Shown in pieces: positions 18,325 through 27,678 of a stretch of DNA of 64,000 bases; the stretch's first letter is position 1; each line of letters opens with the position of its first letter. The notes under the pieces are model-generated. The model was not told the DNA's origin. It did not search any database and saw only the letters and a program-made list of their open reading frames with translations. The stretch covers positions 186,001-250,000 of IMG/VR virus record IMGVR_UViG_3300012931_000759. One strand, 5' to 3'. Position numbers and translations under genes: made by a program.

Positions 18325-19911
18325 ATGAGAACGAGGGAAAAAATCGATGACGCCATTCTGGCGGAGGACATCAGGAGCCTCTCGGAAAAGATCGGCAGAG
18401 TGCCGAGGCAGGAAGATTACAAGAAGGACGGAACCTTCGGCTTGAACACTCTGCTGCTCCGGAAGTCTTGGAACCAATGGCTGACGGAGATTTTTGGTCA
18501 GATCAATGAGGTTCGCAAAACCAAGCGAGAGAGGGCAACTGCTCTGGAGGTTTTGCTGGATATCAAATGCGTGTGTGACAAGTTGGGCAAACCTCCAACG
18601 CAGGCGGAGTACAAAGTGGCAGGCAAACACCCTTTGGGAACCATACTGCGGCACCGGAAATGGAACGATTGGTTGAAATTGGCCACTGGTTCCGTGAACT
18701 ACAACCGCACGGAGGACAGCAAAACCAGGAGGATAGGCGACCAGGATCTTGCCGATGATGTGCGGCGGGTGGCGACGGAACTGGGGCACGCCCCGACTCG
18801 GAGCGAATACAACGAGCATGGTCGCCATTCCTCCGACACCATTGTGGTTAGGATGCCTTGGATGGAATTCATCCAGAAGGTTTGTGGGCTTGAGCCATCA
18901 AAAATTGCGTCCGTCAACAGGTCGAAGGCGACCAACGAGGAACTGCTGGCCCAGTTGAAAAGATTGGCGACGACTTTAGATCGAACGCCCCTGAAGGAAG
19001 ATCTGGGTGGTCAAAACGGATTCTGCTACACCGCATATGTTCGTGCCTTTGGCACTTTCGGCAATGCCCTTGTTGCCGCTGGATTGATCAATCCCCTGAA
19101 CCGCTATTGTGTTCCTCGCGAGGAACTGGTTGTCGAACTGAAGCGGGTGTATGGTCTGCTCGGCCACACGCCGTCCGAAACGGAGTTCCTGGAAAACAGC
19201 CCCATACGCAGCAATGGTTCGATATATTCCGAGTTCGGCTCCTGGACAAAGGCGTTCCTTGCTGCAGGTATTCCAGTTATAAAGGCCAGAAATATCTCCG
19301 TGGACGACATCAAGATCGCCTTGCAGAAATGGCATACTGCCAACAATGGCGACGATTCCTGCCTCGAATACTGGAAAATAAGAAAAGCAAAGAAAAACAA
19401 ACAGTTTCCATATTCGCCAAACTCCGTCAGCGCGAAGTTCCATCCACTATCCTGGGAAGAGATTATGCGCGAATGCGGATTCCCAAACTATGTAACCAAG
19501 GATCGTTATGTTACAGGGCGTAAACGCGGCGACCACACCGGAGCCGACGGCAACGAGTACCTATCCTCCCTGGAGAAGGAGATTGGCGATTTCCTGTTCG
19601 AATTGAAGGGCTCGGGAAATATCCTGGACTACGAATATGAGGCCAAAATATGCCCCGACAAGAACTGGACATGCGACTTCAAGGTGACGATGCGCGATGG
19701 CAGGGCTGTCTGGCTGGAGGCCGACGGCCTCCGCAACAACCGCAACCGACCCTACTCCTCGGGCAACAACGAAAAGATCGCATTCTATGGCAACAACGGA
19801 ATGGATTGTCGCATAGTGTCGTATTCCTCTCCCAATATCCGATGGGCGGTGGCCGACAGCCTAGCCTTGCCATTGCCGGTCCCCACCAATCCGCGAAAGG
19901 AAAACTTATGA
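18325..19911 (+). CDS. Protein with ~6 homing-endonuclease-associated helical repeats and a C-terminal PD-(D/E)XK nuclease
   Basis: Repeated L..V...LG..P...EY...FG.W..AL units; SSLEKEI...YEYE...TCDF...WLEADG. Confidence 0.75.
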   Translation: MRTREKIDDAILAEDIRSLSEKIGRVPRQEDYKKDGTFGLNTLLLRKSWNQWLTEIFGQINEVRKTKRERATALEVLLDIKCVCDKLGKPPTQAEYKVAGKHPLGTILRHRKWNDWLKLATGSVNYNRTEDSKTRRIGDQDLADDVRRVATELGHAPTRSEYNEHGRHSSDTIVVRMPWMEFIQKVCGLEPSKIASVNRSKATNEELLAQLKRLATTLDRTPLKEDLGGQNGFCYTAYVRAFGTFGNALVAAGLINPLNRYCVPREELVVELKRVYGLLGHTPSETEFLENSPIRSNGSIYSEFGSWTKAFLAAGIPVIKARNISVDDIKIALQKWHTANNGDDSCLEYWKIRKAKKNKQFPYSPNSVSAKFHPLSWEEIMRECGFPNYVTKDRYVTGRKRGDHTGADGNEYLSSLEKEIGDFLFELKGSGNILDYEYEAKICPDKNWTCDFKVTMRDGRAVWLEADGLRNNRNRPYSSGNNEKIAFYGNNGMDCRIVSYSSPNIRWAVADSLALPLPVPTNPRKENL

Positions 19912-20699
19912 AACGGTTCGACCGCGAGACATTGGCGCAGAGGCTGAGATCCTTTTCGGAAAAGTTGGGTTCATCGCATATCTCGAAATCGATGGTGGAC
20001 TCGGCACTCGACATGCCGGCATCGGCCACTTTCGCCAGGTGCTTCGGGTCATGGGGCAACGCCTTGGAATTCTCCGGTCTCCAGAGGGGGACAATCACCG
20101 GTAGGCCCCAGGATCCTCCAATCGAATTGACTCCGGAAGCCATGGATATCATCGAGGGGGAACTTCTCGGCGACGGGAGCCTGGATTCCAGCCCGACCGT
20201 GAACGCCTGTTTTGCGCATTCGACCGCAAACTTCGCGTATTCCAAATTCCTGTATGAATCTCTTGGGAAATGCCATGTTCCGGTCAGGAAGCCGGAGTTG
20301 CTGAAGGCGCGCGGAGGGAAGCCACAGGCAAGGGTGCGCAGCCCGTCAAATGCGGCATTCGGCAGACTTAGGCGGCTGTGGTATCCAGACGGGACCAAGA
20401 TCCTGCCGCAGGGATTTTTTCTCAACAGGACAAGATGCCTGTTCTGGTACCTGGGCGATGGCTATGTGGAAACCGGAACAATCAAGTTCTCGACCTGCGG
20501 CTTCACAAGGTGCGAAGTGGAGCGTTTGGCGGAATTGCTGACCGGTTCCGGCTTCAAGTCCGCCAGGAACAACCGCAGCGGGGGCTACCATGTCATCCGC
20601 ATGTCCAAGATGGCTGCCCCCGGGTTCCTGGAATGGATAGGGCCATGCCCAGCGGCGGGCTACGAGCACAAATGGAACCTGAAAGGGAAAATCCATTGA
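19908..20699 (+). CDS. LAGLIDADG endonuclease with one N-terminal helical repeat
   Basis: IIEGELLGDGSL and FWYLGDG motifs; FGSWGNAL; ATGA overlap at 19908. Confidence 0.8.
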   Translation: MKRFDRETLAQRLRSFSEKLGSSHISKSMVDSALDMPASATFARCFGSWGNALEFSGLQRGTITGRPQDPPIELTPEAMDIIEGELLGDGSLDSSPTVNACFAHSTANFAYSKFLYESLGKCHVPVRKPELLKARGGKPQARVRSPSNAAFGRLRRLWYPDGTKILPQGFFLNRTRCLFWYLGDGYVETGTIKFSTCGFTRCEVERLAELLTGSGFKSARNNRSGGYHVIRMSKMAAPGFLEWIGPCPAAGYEHKWNLKGKIH

Positions 20700-21433
20700 T
20701 CACCGACTACATCAACAAACACACAGTCATGGGAATGCTTTCGGCGAACTATGTCCCGTTCGGAGATTGGAGCGGCTTCTACAGGAACAAGACCCGGACG
20801 AAAGTCACGGTTTTCGATCCCGGCTTCGATGGCGATTTCAAGGAGACGGCGTTCCACTATGTTCCCGACAGGATGGGAAAAGGATACAGCTCCACTCTAC
20901 TAGTGTCCCGCTTCGACTCCGCCTTCTTTGCCCTGGCGGGGGCAGAACACAAGGAGATCCGCGAAACCAGGAACAAATGGGACAGGCTGGTGTCCGTCCG
21001 CGAGGAGCCTTCGTCCGTGGGGGAGGTTGTTGCCCTTGTGGACAAGTGGGACATCCTGTCCGGCAGCAAGTATGGATTCAACCGGCACAGTGGATACGAC
21101 AGGAACTTTTTCCGGCGATATTGGGAAACGGAACGGAGCAACCTATACTCGTTGTTCTTCTACCACGGCGATGCGCTTGTCGGCTACAGTGTGGTGTCCA
21201 AACTGCAGGATGACAATTGCTTCAGGTATGTAATCAGGAAAATGGACATAGGTGCGGGCAGGAATATATGCCTGTACATCGACTACAAGACCTTCGAAAG
21301 CATCTGGAGGGATCGCAAGGGGTGTTTTTACGTAAACTGGGGCGCAAGTTCGGGCAAGGTTTTGAAATACAAGGAGAAATTCCCAACCTTCAAGGAGTGT
21401 AGGGTCTGGTTCCACAAAAAGGGGGGCAAATGA
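20696..21433 (+). CDS. GNAT-fold protein (DUF2156/aminoacyl-transferase-like)
   Basis: TTG start overlapping the upstream TGA; LVGYSV, YVIRK, YVNWGASSGKVLKYKEKF pattern. Confidence 0.45.
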   Translation: MITDYINKHTVMGMLSANYVPFGDWSGFYRNKTRTKVTVFDPGFDGDFKETAFHYVPDRMGKGYSSTLLVSRFDSAFFALAGAEHKEIRETRNKWDRLVSVREEPSSVGEVVALVDKWDILSGSKYGFNRHSGYDRNFFRRYWETERSNLYSLFFYHGDALVGYSVVSKLQDDNCFRYVIRKMDIGAGRNICLYIDYKTFESIWRDRKGCFYVNWGASSGKVLKYKEKFPTFKECRVWFHKKGGK

Positions 21434-22566
21434 TCAGCACGACGCCATACGACAGCTCTACACACGCCAATCCTTGGCTTATGGAGACGAACAATTCCTA
21501 TGCCATCCTTGGTCCAGAAGGTGTTCCATTGACAGCTTCCTACATCTGGTCGAAAAGCGGGCAGGACAGGGAGGATCTTGTCAATTGGGTTTTCCGGCAT
21601 TACAGGGACACAGGCTTTGTCAAAAGCGGGGAATCCGGAAATCTCATGGATGACTTTGCTAAACTGAGGATGAAGGATCCGAATGATGTCCTCAACGCCG
21701 ACGGGGAGATCAAGAACAGTTCCCCGCTTTGTAACAATGTCTGTAGACATTTCGTGTGGGAGAAGTATCATTCTGCCAAGGGCGGGAGCAAAAGCAGGTC
21801 CGTCATCGATGTGTTCAACGATGACCAGACATTCCTCAATGTTCTGAAGAACAGGATGGGCTATTGTGTGTCGATGGAGGACGGGGAGGAGCGACCATAT
21901 GTGTTCACCATCACTGATTCGATGGTCCTACAGGGCATCCGGTCCACCGGGTATGGGTACAACGTCAGCCTGTTCAAGCCGCTAGTCGGCAAGTATCTGT
22001 ACGGGAAATACGCCAAAAACAAGGTTTTCGACTACTCGGCTGGCTGGGGCGCAAGATGCCTAGCCGCGATGAGCCTTGGGATAGAGTACTATGGCGTGGA
22101 TCCATTGACCTCCAAGGAAATCAATGGGATGATAGCCTTCTTTGGTGGAAGGGGGTTTGTGGTCGATGGCTGCTCGGAAGACCGCAATGCATATGCCGGA
22201 ATACCTAAGGTAGATTGCGTGATGTCGAGTCCGCCATATTTCGACCTGGAGAGCTACAGCAATGACGCAAGACAAAGCGTGAACAAGTTCGGGAGATACG
22301 AGGATTGGGTGAGCTCGTATTGGGGCGGAACTGTTGTGAATTGCCTTGGCATATTGGAGAAAGGCGGATATTTCATCATGGTTGTCAAAGATTATGTGGA
22401 GAAGCGCCATCTTTCCGAGGACATGGGGGCTGTTTGTAGGAAGGGTGGGCTAGTGCTAGAGGAGACGATCCATTACAGGACATCGACCAGCCACCTGTCG
22501 GGCAAAAGGATGACAAGCAGGACATCCAAAAATGATGAGACAGTGTTCGTATTCTATAGAAAATGA
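21430..22566 (+). CDS. DNA amino-methyltransferase (N4-C/N6-A)
   Basis: Motif I FDYSAGWG, YYGVDP, motif IV SSPPYF. Confidence 0.85.
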   Translation: MISTTPYDSSTHANPWLMETNNSYAILGPEGVPLTASYIWSKSGQDREDLVNWVFRHYRDTGFVKSGESGNLMDDFAKLRMKDPNDVLNADGEIKNSSPLCNNVCRHFVWEKYHSAKGGSKSRSVIDVFNDDQTFLNVLKNRMGYCVSMEDGEERPYVFTITDSMVLQGIRSTGYGYNVSLFKPLVGKYLYGKYAKNKVFDYSAGWGARCLAAMSLGIEYYGVDPLTSKEINGMIAFFGGRGFVVDGCSEDRNAYAGIPKVDCVMSSPPYFDLESYSNDARQSVNKFGRYEDWVSSYWGGTVVNCLGILEKGGYFIMVVKDYVEKRHLSEDMGAVCRKGGLVLEETIHYRTSTSHLSGKRMTSRTSKNDETVFVFYRK

Positions 22567-22725
22567 TTGTGGGTCTTTTAAAAATCCTTCCAAGGGCAAC
22601 GGAAAATGGTGGCCTTGGTGCCATTATTGGATTGCGACCGTCACTTTCTCCAATGGATCAGCTCCTGCCCCGTCGATAATCGCGGGCAAGTAGAGTCCTG
22701 CCTCTGATTTTCCGCTTTATCCAAA

Positions 22726-22743
22726 CTATCAATAATCCATAAT
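22726..22743 (+). promoter_or_regulatory. Putative phage late promoter (variant)
   Basis: CTATCAAT AATCCAT AAT. Confidence 0.6.
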
Positions 22744-22747
22744 TTTT

Positions 22748-22875
22748 GTCGGACACCAGCCGATGCGCCAATATGGCCGCAAGGGCGTGGCGGTCGGCCA
22801 ATCCAGACTGACCGGCAAGATGGGAAACTGAGCTAGACACTAGGCGGACCGCTCGTGAGGGCGGTCCGCTTTTTT
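22748..22875 (+). ncRNA. Candidate ~125-nt small RNA
   Basis: Lies between a promoter motif and a terminator; GCCGA...TCGGC stem; no convincing ORF. Confidence 0.45.
22844..22875 (+). terminator. Rho-independent terminator
   Basis: GCGGACCGCTC-GTGA-GGGCGGTCCGC-TTTTTT. Confidence 0.85.
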
Positions 22876-22923
22876 GATGATCCTGTCTAGCAGCGTCGCT
22901 GATAGCGGAAAGATGTCGCGAAT

Positions 22924-22941
22924 CTATCAATTTTCCAGCAT
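22924..22941 (+). promoter_or_regulatory. Putative phage late promoter
   Basis: CTATCAAT TTTCCAG CAT, 30 nt upstream of ATG 22971. Confidence 0.7.
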
Positions 22942-22970
22942 TGAAAAGGAACCTTCCGAGGGAGGCATAC

Positions 22971-23246
22971 ATGAGTCGCTACAACTATTTCGGTACCATC
23001 CTGATCGACGGTTACGCGTTCCCGGAGATTCCGCAGGCCGTTTTCGATTTCAATTCTCAAGGGTTCAAATTCCTGAACCGCGGCGCGTATCCCATCGAGT
23101 ATAGTTTTGATGGAACTCATCTTCATGGTGATCTGAATCCAGCCGATGCCTCCAAGGAAATGTCGTTCGATGGGCGTTGTGAGTGTAAGGTGTTTTTCCG
23201 AGCCAAAGATGGTTACGGCATTTGTAGGGTGGAAGCCTGGAGATAG
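22971..23246 (+). CDS. Small beta-rich putative virion protein
   Basis: GGAGG RBS; 2 DGY. Confidence 0.7.
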   Translation: MSRYNYFGTILIDGYAFPEIPQAVFDFNSQGFKFLNRGAYPIEYSFDGTHLHGDLNPADASKEMSFDGRCECKVFFRAKDGYGICRVEAWR

Positions 23247-23249
23247 ACG

Positions 23250-23969
23250 ATGGCCAGTGGAGTCTACGCCATAACGAACACTGTGAGCCTGAAAAGGTAC
23301 ATAGGTAGTTCGGACAATATAGATCAGCGATGGCGCCAACACAGACGAAAGTTGCGGAAAAATGGGCATTCTAAACCCCATCTTCAGGCTGCCTGGAACA
23401 AATACGGCGAACGGACCTTCAGGTTTGAAGTTTTGTGCTTGACTGATCAACCTTGCCAAGTAGAGCAGGCATTTTTGACAGTCTGGAAACCCGAATACAA
23501 TATTTCGGTGGGCGCCGATGCGTGGGCGAACCTTTACTGTGGAGCATCGGGCCAAATTGGGGCATCTCGCAGGGGATGTGTCCATTCCATAGAAGCCAAA
23601 GTAAAGATGTCGGCTTCTCACAAAGGAAAAAACTTGTCTGCCGAAACGCGTGCCAAGATTTCTTCGGCAAACAAAGGAAAAGTTCGTTCAGAAGAACAGC
23701 GTGCGAACATAAGCAAATCCAAAAAAGGTAAGCCTTCACTTTTCAAGGGCCAAACCCTTTTTGACGAGACGCGTGCCAAAATTTCGGCAGACAAGATAGG
23801 CAAGCCTGGTCATCCGCACACGGAAGAACATCGCGCCTCCATGTACAGGGACAACAATTCATCCAAACGTGCCGATGTCCACGCCAAGATCAACACAGCA
23901 CAGAAGGCTGCTTGGGCTCGTCGTAAAGCGGCACAAGGGAATGCGAATACTCTGGAGACGAAAACATGA
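23250..23969 (+). CDS. GIY-YIG homing endonuclease with NUMOD3 repeats
   Basis: GVYAITN...YIGSS; PEYN; repeated ETRAKIS...KGK. Confidence 0.9.
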   Translation: MASGVYAITNTVSLKRYIGSSDNIDQRWRQHRRKLRKNGHSKPHLQAAWNKYGERTFRFEVLCLTDQPCQVEQAFLTVWKPEYNISVGADAWANLYCGASGQIGASRRGCVHSIEAKVKMSASHKGKNLSAETRAKISSANKGKVRSEEQRANISKSKKGKPSLFKGQTLFDETRAKISADKIGKPGHPHTEEHRASMYRDNNSSKRADVHAKINTAQKAAWARRKAAQGNANTLETKT

Positions 23970-24274
23970 TCCGTCGTGCCGACGGCTTGACCGTCTATTC
24001 CGGTTCGCATGTCGGCTCGCGCGGTTCGCTGGCTTCTATACGGCACACTGGCCCTGAGGACTTCTCGGAGGGCGTTCCCGAGGAGGAACGGGAGTGGGAG
24101 GGCGGTGTCCGGGCGGCCATGCTTACCAGAGAGGCCTCGTTCGGTGCGCGGTGGCACGGTGATTGGGAATCGTGGGACGAGCCCGATGGTCAGGAAATTG
24201 CCCTGACAGCCAGGCTTTGGGGGACAATATACAGGCGTCCAGAGCCGGTGGAGCCACCATTCGGAAGGAGATGA
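23966..24274 (+). CDS. Hypothetical protein
   Basis: ATGA-coupled ORF. Confidence 0.55.
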   Translation: MIRRADGLTVYSGSHVGSRGSLASIRHTGPEDFSEGVPEEEREWEGGVRAAMLTREASFGARWHGDWESWDEPDGQEIALTARLWGTIYRRPEPVEPPFGRR

Positions 24275-24277
24275 AAG

Positions 24278-24499
24278 ATGAAGATCCTGGACACCAGGAA
24301 AGTGAAAGAGCAGCGCAAGATCGAAGCCAAGTCCGAGAATGAGCTACGCGAATTCAAGGAATGGCTTAACAGTGCCACGCCCCTCGATGCCGAGGACATC
24401 AAGAACCTCGGGAACCTGTGGAATGGCCATTCTACCTACAATCTGGATGAGATCAAGGCAATGGCGGACTCCCTCCGCAAACAGACAGGCATCGCCTAG
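24278..24499 (+). CDS. Hypothetical protein
   Basis: AGGAG RBS; MKILDTRK. Confidence 0.65.
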   Translation: MKILDTRKVKEQRKIEAKSENELREFKEWLNSATPLDAEDIKNLGNLWNGHSTYNLDEIKAMADSLRKQTGIA

Positions 24500-24509
24500 G
24501 AAGAGACAG

Positions 24510-24728
24510 ATGAAGATCCTCAACACAAAACACGGGGCGGCAACCATTCGACCGCCCCTCCGGAAAGACATCCGGGAACTCGAGGCCACGACCGGCTGGA
24601 GACTCGTTCCCGACAACATGCTCATGTCCGAAATCATGTTTACCGCCATGCTCGACCTGGAGTGCGAGAATGACATGGATTTCTTTGCCTGCGTGGATGG
24701 ACTGTACACCAAGGAAGGACAGGAATGA
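24510..24728 (+). CDS. Hypothetical protein
   Basis: ATG 24510, MKILNTKH. Confidence 0.6.
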   Translation: MKILNTKHGAATIRPPLRKDIRELEATTGWRLVPDNMLMSEIMFTAMLDLECENDMDFFACVDGLYTKEGQE

Positions 24729-25051
24729 GAAAAGGAAGAGCCACCCTGGAAGATCCCCTCACCGAAGAATACGTCCGCTACCGTCTCATGGAATACGCTA
24801 AGCTCATCGGAGCCCATGAGGACCTCAAGCAGGTCTTCGCGAAATGGGACACACTCATCCCGCTGGCGCCGCCCGATGAGCGTGCGCAGATGGGGCACAT
24901 GGCAATTATGGAGGTCGAGCGCCTCCTGGATATCTATTCCGCCCAAGGCGACGGCCTCACTATCAATGGAAAGGTTGTCATACCAACCGCAAAGAAGGAA
25001 CCAGAGGCGACGCTGTACGACGTGCGCCCGGACAAGAAGGAAAACGTATGA
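24725..25051 (+). CDS. Hypothetical protein
   Basis: ATGA-coupled ORF. Confidence 0.65.
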   Translation: MRKGRATLEDPLTEEYVRYRLMEYAKLIGAHEDLKQVFAKWDTLIPLAPPDERAQMGHMAIMEVERLLDIYSAQGDGLTINGKVVIPTAKKEPEATLYDVRPDKKENV

Positions 25052-25350
25052 CTAAGTACGAGATCATCAACAACAGGTTCAACAATATCAGGTTTCTACA
25101 GCTCTTCTCCGAGCGCGAGAGCGCATGGAGACTGTATATGGCTGACCAGCGGCGTCCGGTGATCGACTGCCAACCCAACGGTAAATGGCGTTTCGGCGAT
25201 ATGATCGGGACGGTGCCCAAAGGGCACGACTGCGTCATCGAGGGCTTCGTGGTGCGTAAGGGCAGGACGGTGCGCCGCGGCAAAGTGACCCATGTGCCGA
25301 ACGGCGGCGGGGATGTGAACTACATCCTGCGCGGAAACGACGTGGGGTAA
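25048..25350 (+). CDS. Hypothetical protein
   Basis: ATGA-coupled ORF. Confidence 0.6.
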   Translation: MTKYEIINNRFNNIRFLQLFSERESAWRLYMADQRRPVIDCQPNGKWRFGDMIGTVPKGHDCVIEGFVVRKGRTVRRGKVTHVPNGGGDVNYILRGNDVG

Positions 25351-25353
25351 GGT

Positions 25354-25956
25354 ATGGAAACAGAGATTTGCGTCCAGCACGATAATGAAGAAACAATTGA
25401 AGAAACTGAGAAAACCACCGGACAATCTTGGCGCGAATATATGAGAACATATATGAGGCAGTATCGTCGAGACAATCCAGAACGGATGGCCGCAGCGCGA
25501 CGCAAACATTATCTTCGACACCAAGAGGATACAAAAGAGGCCGCTCGCACATATTACGAACAAAACAAGGACAAAATTAAGAAGCGAGTGAACGCCTATA
25601 CAGAGAAGCGGATGAAAACTGATCATGCGTTTTGTGTCAAACGCAGACTGCGCATGCGCCTTAGAACAGCACTTAAGGCTTCTTTGGAGGGACGTAAAAC
25701 TAAGAGATCCTCTGAATATGGTATAAATTACGAGAAGATTTTTCAGCATCTCGGCCCATGCCCCGGTGCTTTGTCGGACTATCACATCGATCATATCAGA
25801 CCGCTGTGTTTATTCGATTTTAATGATCCAGAGCAAATACGGGCAGCTTTTGCACCCGAAAATCATCAATGGCTTCGCAAAGAGGAAAATTTGGCGAAGC
25901 ATTGTAAAACTGCCGTTGCTGTCAATCGTGGCACAGCAGAAGGAGAAGAAGGATGA
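25354..25956 (+). CDS. HNH homing endonuclease
   Basis: YHIDHIRPL..FD......AFAPENHQWL...NL.K; basic N-terminus. Confidence 0.8.
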   Translation: METEICVQHDNEETIEETEKTTGQSWREYMRTYMRQYRRDNPERMAAARRKHYLRHQEDTKEAARTYYEQNKDKIKKRVNAYTEKRMKTDHAFCVKRRLRMRLRTALKASLEGRKTKRSSEYGINYEKIFQHLGPCPGALSDYHIDHIRPLCLFDFNDPEQIRAAFAPENHQWLRKEENLAKHCKTAVAVNRGTAEGEEG

Positions 25957-27098
25957 CTGATACAGGCAAGAGACTGACTGGCAAAGTAGTGTGGTCAAGT
26001 TAGGGCCCTTCGGCGAAGCGATTCGTCGAAAGCATCGGGTGAATTGCTGGAAACCTTAGCGCGTCATGGCGGTGGTAATCAGCAGCCAAGCCTGCGAAGC
26101 CGGTAGGAATAGCAGGAAGGTTCAGAGACCAACAAAATTCTGGAAAAAAACTCACCTTTGAGGTGTAGTGATGGATAGGATGGCAAGAGGTATTTTGGTT
26201 GGCATGGCTTTGGGCGACGGGCATATTCGTATACGACGGGATCTTCGTTATCCGAATGCGCTTCCGTCTGCCACCTTATGTGTCAAACATTGTGCTCGCC
26301 AGACAGAATATGCCGAGTACAAAGCCAATTTGCTTCATCGTATCCTTGGAGGGGCGAAGCCAAAAGTCTCGCCTTTTGACAACAGCGGGTTTCCTGGGGT
26401 TCTGTTTGCGAAAACAAACAAATATTTCAGGATATTGGGAAAGCGATTGTACCGAAATGGTCACAAGTTCATCTCTCGTCAGATTTTGGATTATCTGACG
26501 GACGAAGGGCTTGCAATTTGGTGGATGGATGATGGAAGTCTCTATATGAAAAAGAGGAATGGCATCATCCATGCGCGAGAGGGCATCTTAAGTACTTATT
26601 GTTCAAAACCGGAATACGAAACAGTTGTTGACTGGTTCAAAGATAAATATAGTATTATAGTAGCCCCCGTTGTACACAAAAGCAGTTTCAGGATTCGCAT
26701 TAATACCGCAAACCTGAAACTGCTTGTCCCGATTATCGCTCCGTATGTTGTTCCATGTTTGTCGTACAAAGTAGATATGAAGTACGACCCAGAACTTTGA
26801 CACGAGCGCCCGACATCCCTTGTGGATGAAGATATGGTCCGACACTCCGGGGAAATCCGGAGATCCGGTCTAAACAGCCGGAATAACAGATGTCAACGAC
26901 AAAAAGGGTTTTGGCTTCATCTCCCGCGATGATGGGGGGGGTGACCTCTTTGTTCACTTTAGTAATATAAATGCTGAAGGATTCAAGTCACTTACAGCCG
27001 AGCAGCTGGTGTCATTCGCCATCGGGAAGAACAACCGCGGCCCGCAGGCGATCGACGTCGAGGTGATTGGGGAGCCGGAGTCCGACTTGGACGAGTAG
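25953..27098 (+). CDS. csp: Cold-shock protein (82 aa) split by a group I intron; exons 25953-25995 and 26893-27098
   Basis: Spliced product [48 protein letters not shown]...GPQAIDV with RNP1 and RNP2. Confidence 0.92.
25996..26892 (+). ncRNA. Group I self-splicing intron (IA-like)
   Basis: 5' exon ends in U, intron ends in G; P GAATTGCTGGAAA (26041), Q AATCAGCAGCC (26077), R GGTTCAGAGACCA (~26119), S GAAGATATGGTCC (26828); P3, P7, P8, P9 pairings present. Confidence 0.92.
26168..26800 (+). CDS. Intron-encoded LAGLIDADG homing endonuclease
   Basis: [12 protein letters not shown] and [10 protein letters not shown] motifs; lies inside the intron. Confidence 0.9.
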   Translation: MMDRMARGILVGMALGDGHIRIRRDLRYPNALPSATLCVKHCARQTEYAEYKANLLHRILGGAKPKVSPFDNSGFPGVLFAKTNKYFRILGKRLYRNGHKFISRQILDYLTDEGLAIWWMDDGSLYMKKRNGIIHAREGILSTYCSKPEYETVVDWFKDKYSIIVAPVVHKSSFRIRINTANLKLLVPIIAPYVVPCLSYKVDMKYDPEL

Positions 27099-27102
27099 GC
27101 CG

Positions 27103-27636
27103 ATGGCCAGGGACAGGAAAAAGTGGCTGCGGCCCCCTAACAGGGGGCCCAGGTATCTCCTGCGTAATGTTCATCCCAAAAGGATGGACGTGATGTTGGG
27201 GGATCTGGGATATAGGATTCCGTACGGGCAGACGCGCGACATGCTGTCGCCGTCCGCGCGGTTGGATCCGTCCGCAGTCGAGCGTTCCCGTCTGAACGGG
27301 TCGATCGCCCAAAGGCTCCGCCAAGGTGTCCTGATGGAGGTGGTAGCGGTTATACCGATTCCCCCTCCGCAGGTTTCCGTGGCGGAGCCTTCCGCCATAT
27401 CCTTTCCACAGCGCACCAAATCACTTCTGGTTCCTGACGAGGGTGATCTGACGGAGAGCGTCCAGTCGGTGGTTGCCGACGAGGACACCGAACTTCTCAA
27501 GCAGATGGAGGAGGACGAGAAGGCCTTGGCTGAAGGTGAAGCTGCTGGTCTTCCTGTGACCGTTGATCCGGTTAAGGCTACGGCCGTCCTGGACAAGGTG
27601 TCCGGGGGCTGCTGCGGCGGAAAGGGAAGGAAATAG
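27103..27636 (+). CDS. Hypothetical protein
   Basis: ATG 27103; acidic C-terminal half ending GGCCGGKGRK. Confidence 0.65.
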   Translation: MARDRKKWLRPPNRGPRYLLRNVHPKRMDVMLGDLGYRIPYGQTRDMLSPSARLDPSAVERSRLNGSIAQRLRQGVLMEVVAVIPIPPPQVSVAEPSAISFPQRTKSLLVPDEGDLTESVQSVVADEDTELLKQMEEDEKALAEGEAAGLPVTVDPVKATAVLDKVSGGCCGGKGRK

Positions 27637-27678
27637 GCTGGTCTCTCTTATGATTAAGGCAGCGGCAAAGGCGGCACA

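Noticed and set aside
20456-20466. DGY in the LAGLIDADG protein (LGDGY)
   Set aside because: Part of the catalytic LAGLIDADG motif, so excluded from the DGY count.
24960-24977. CTATCAAT inside ORF 24725..25051
   Set aside because: Intragenic and lacks the distal AT at the fixed spacing (followed by GGAAAGG TTG).
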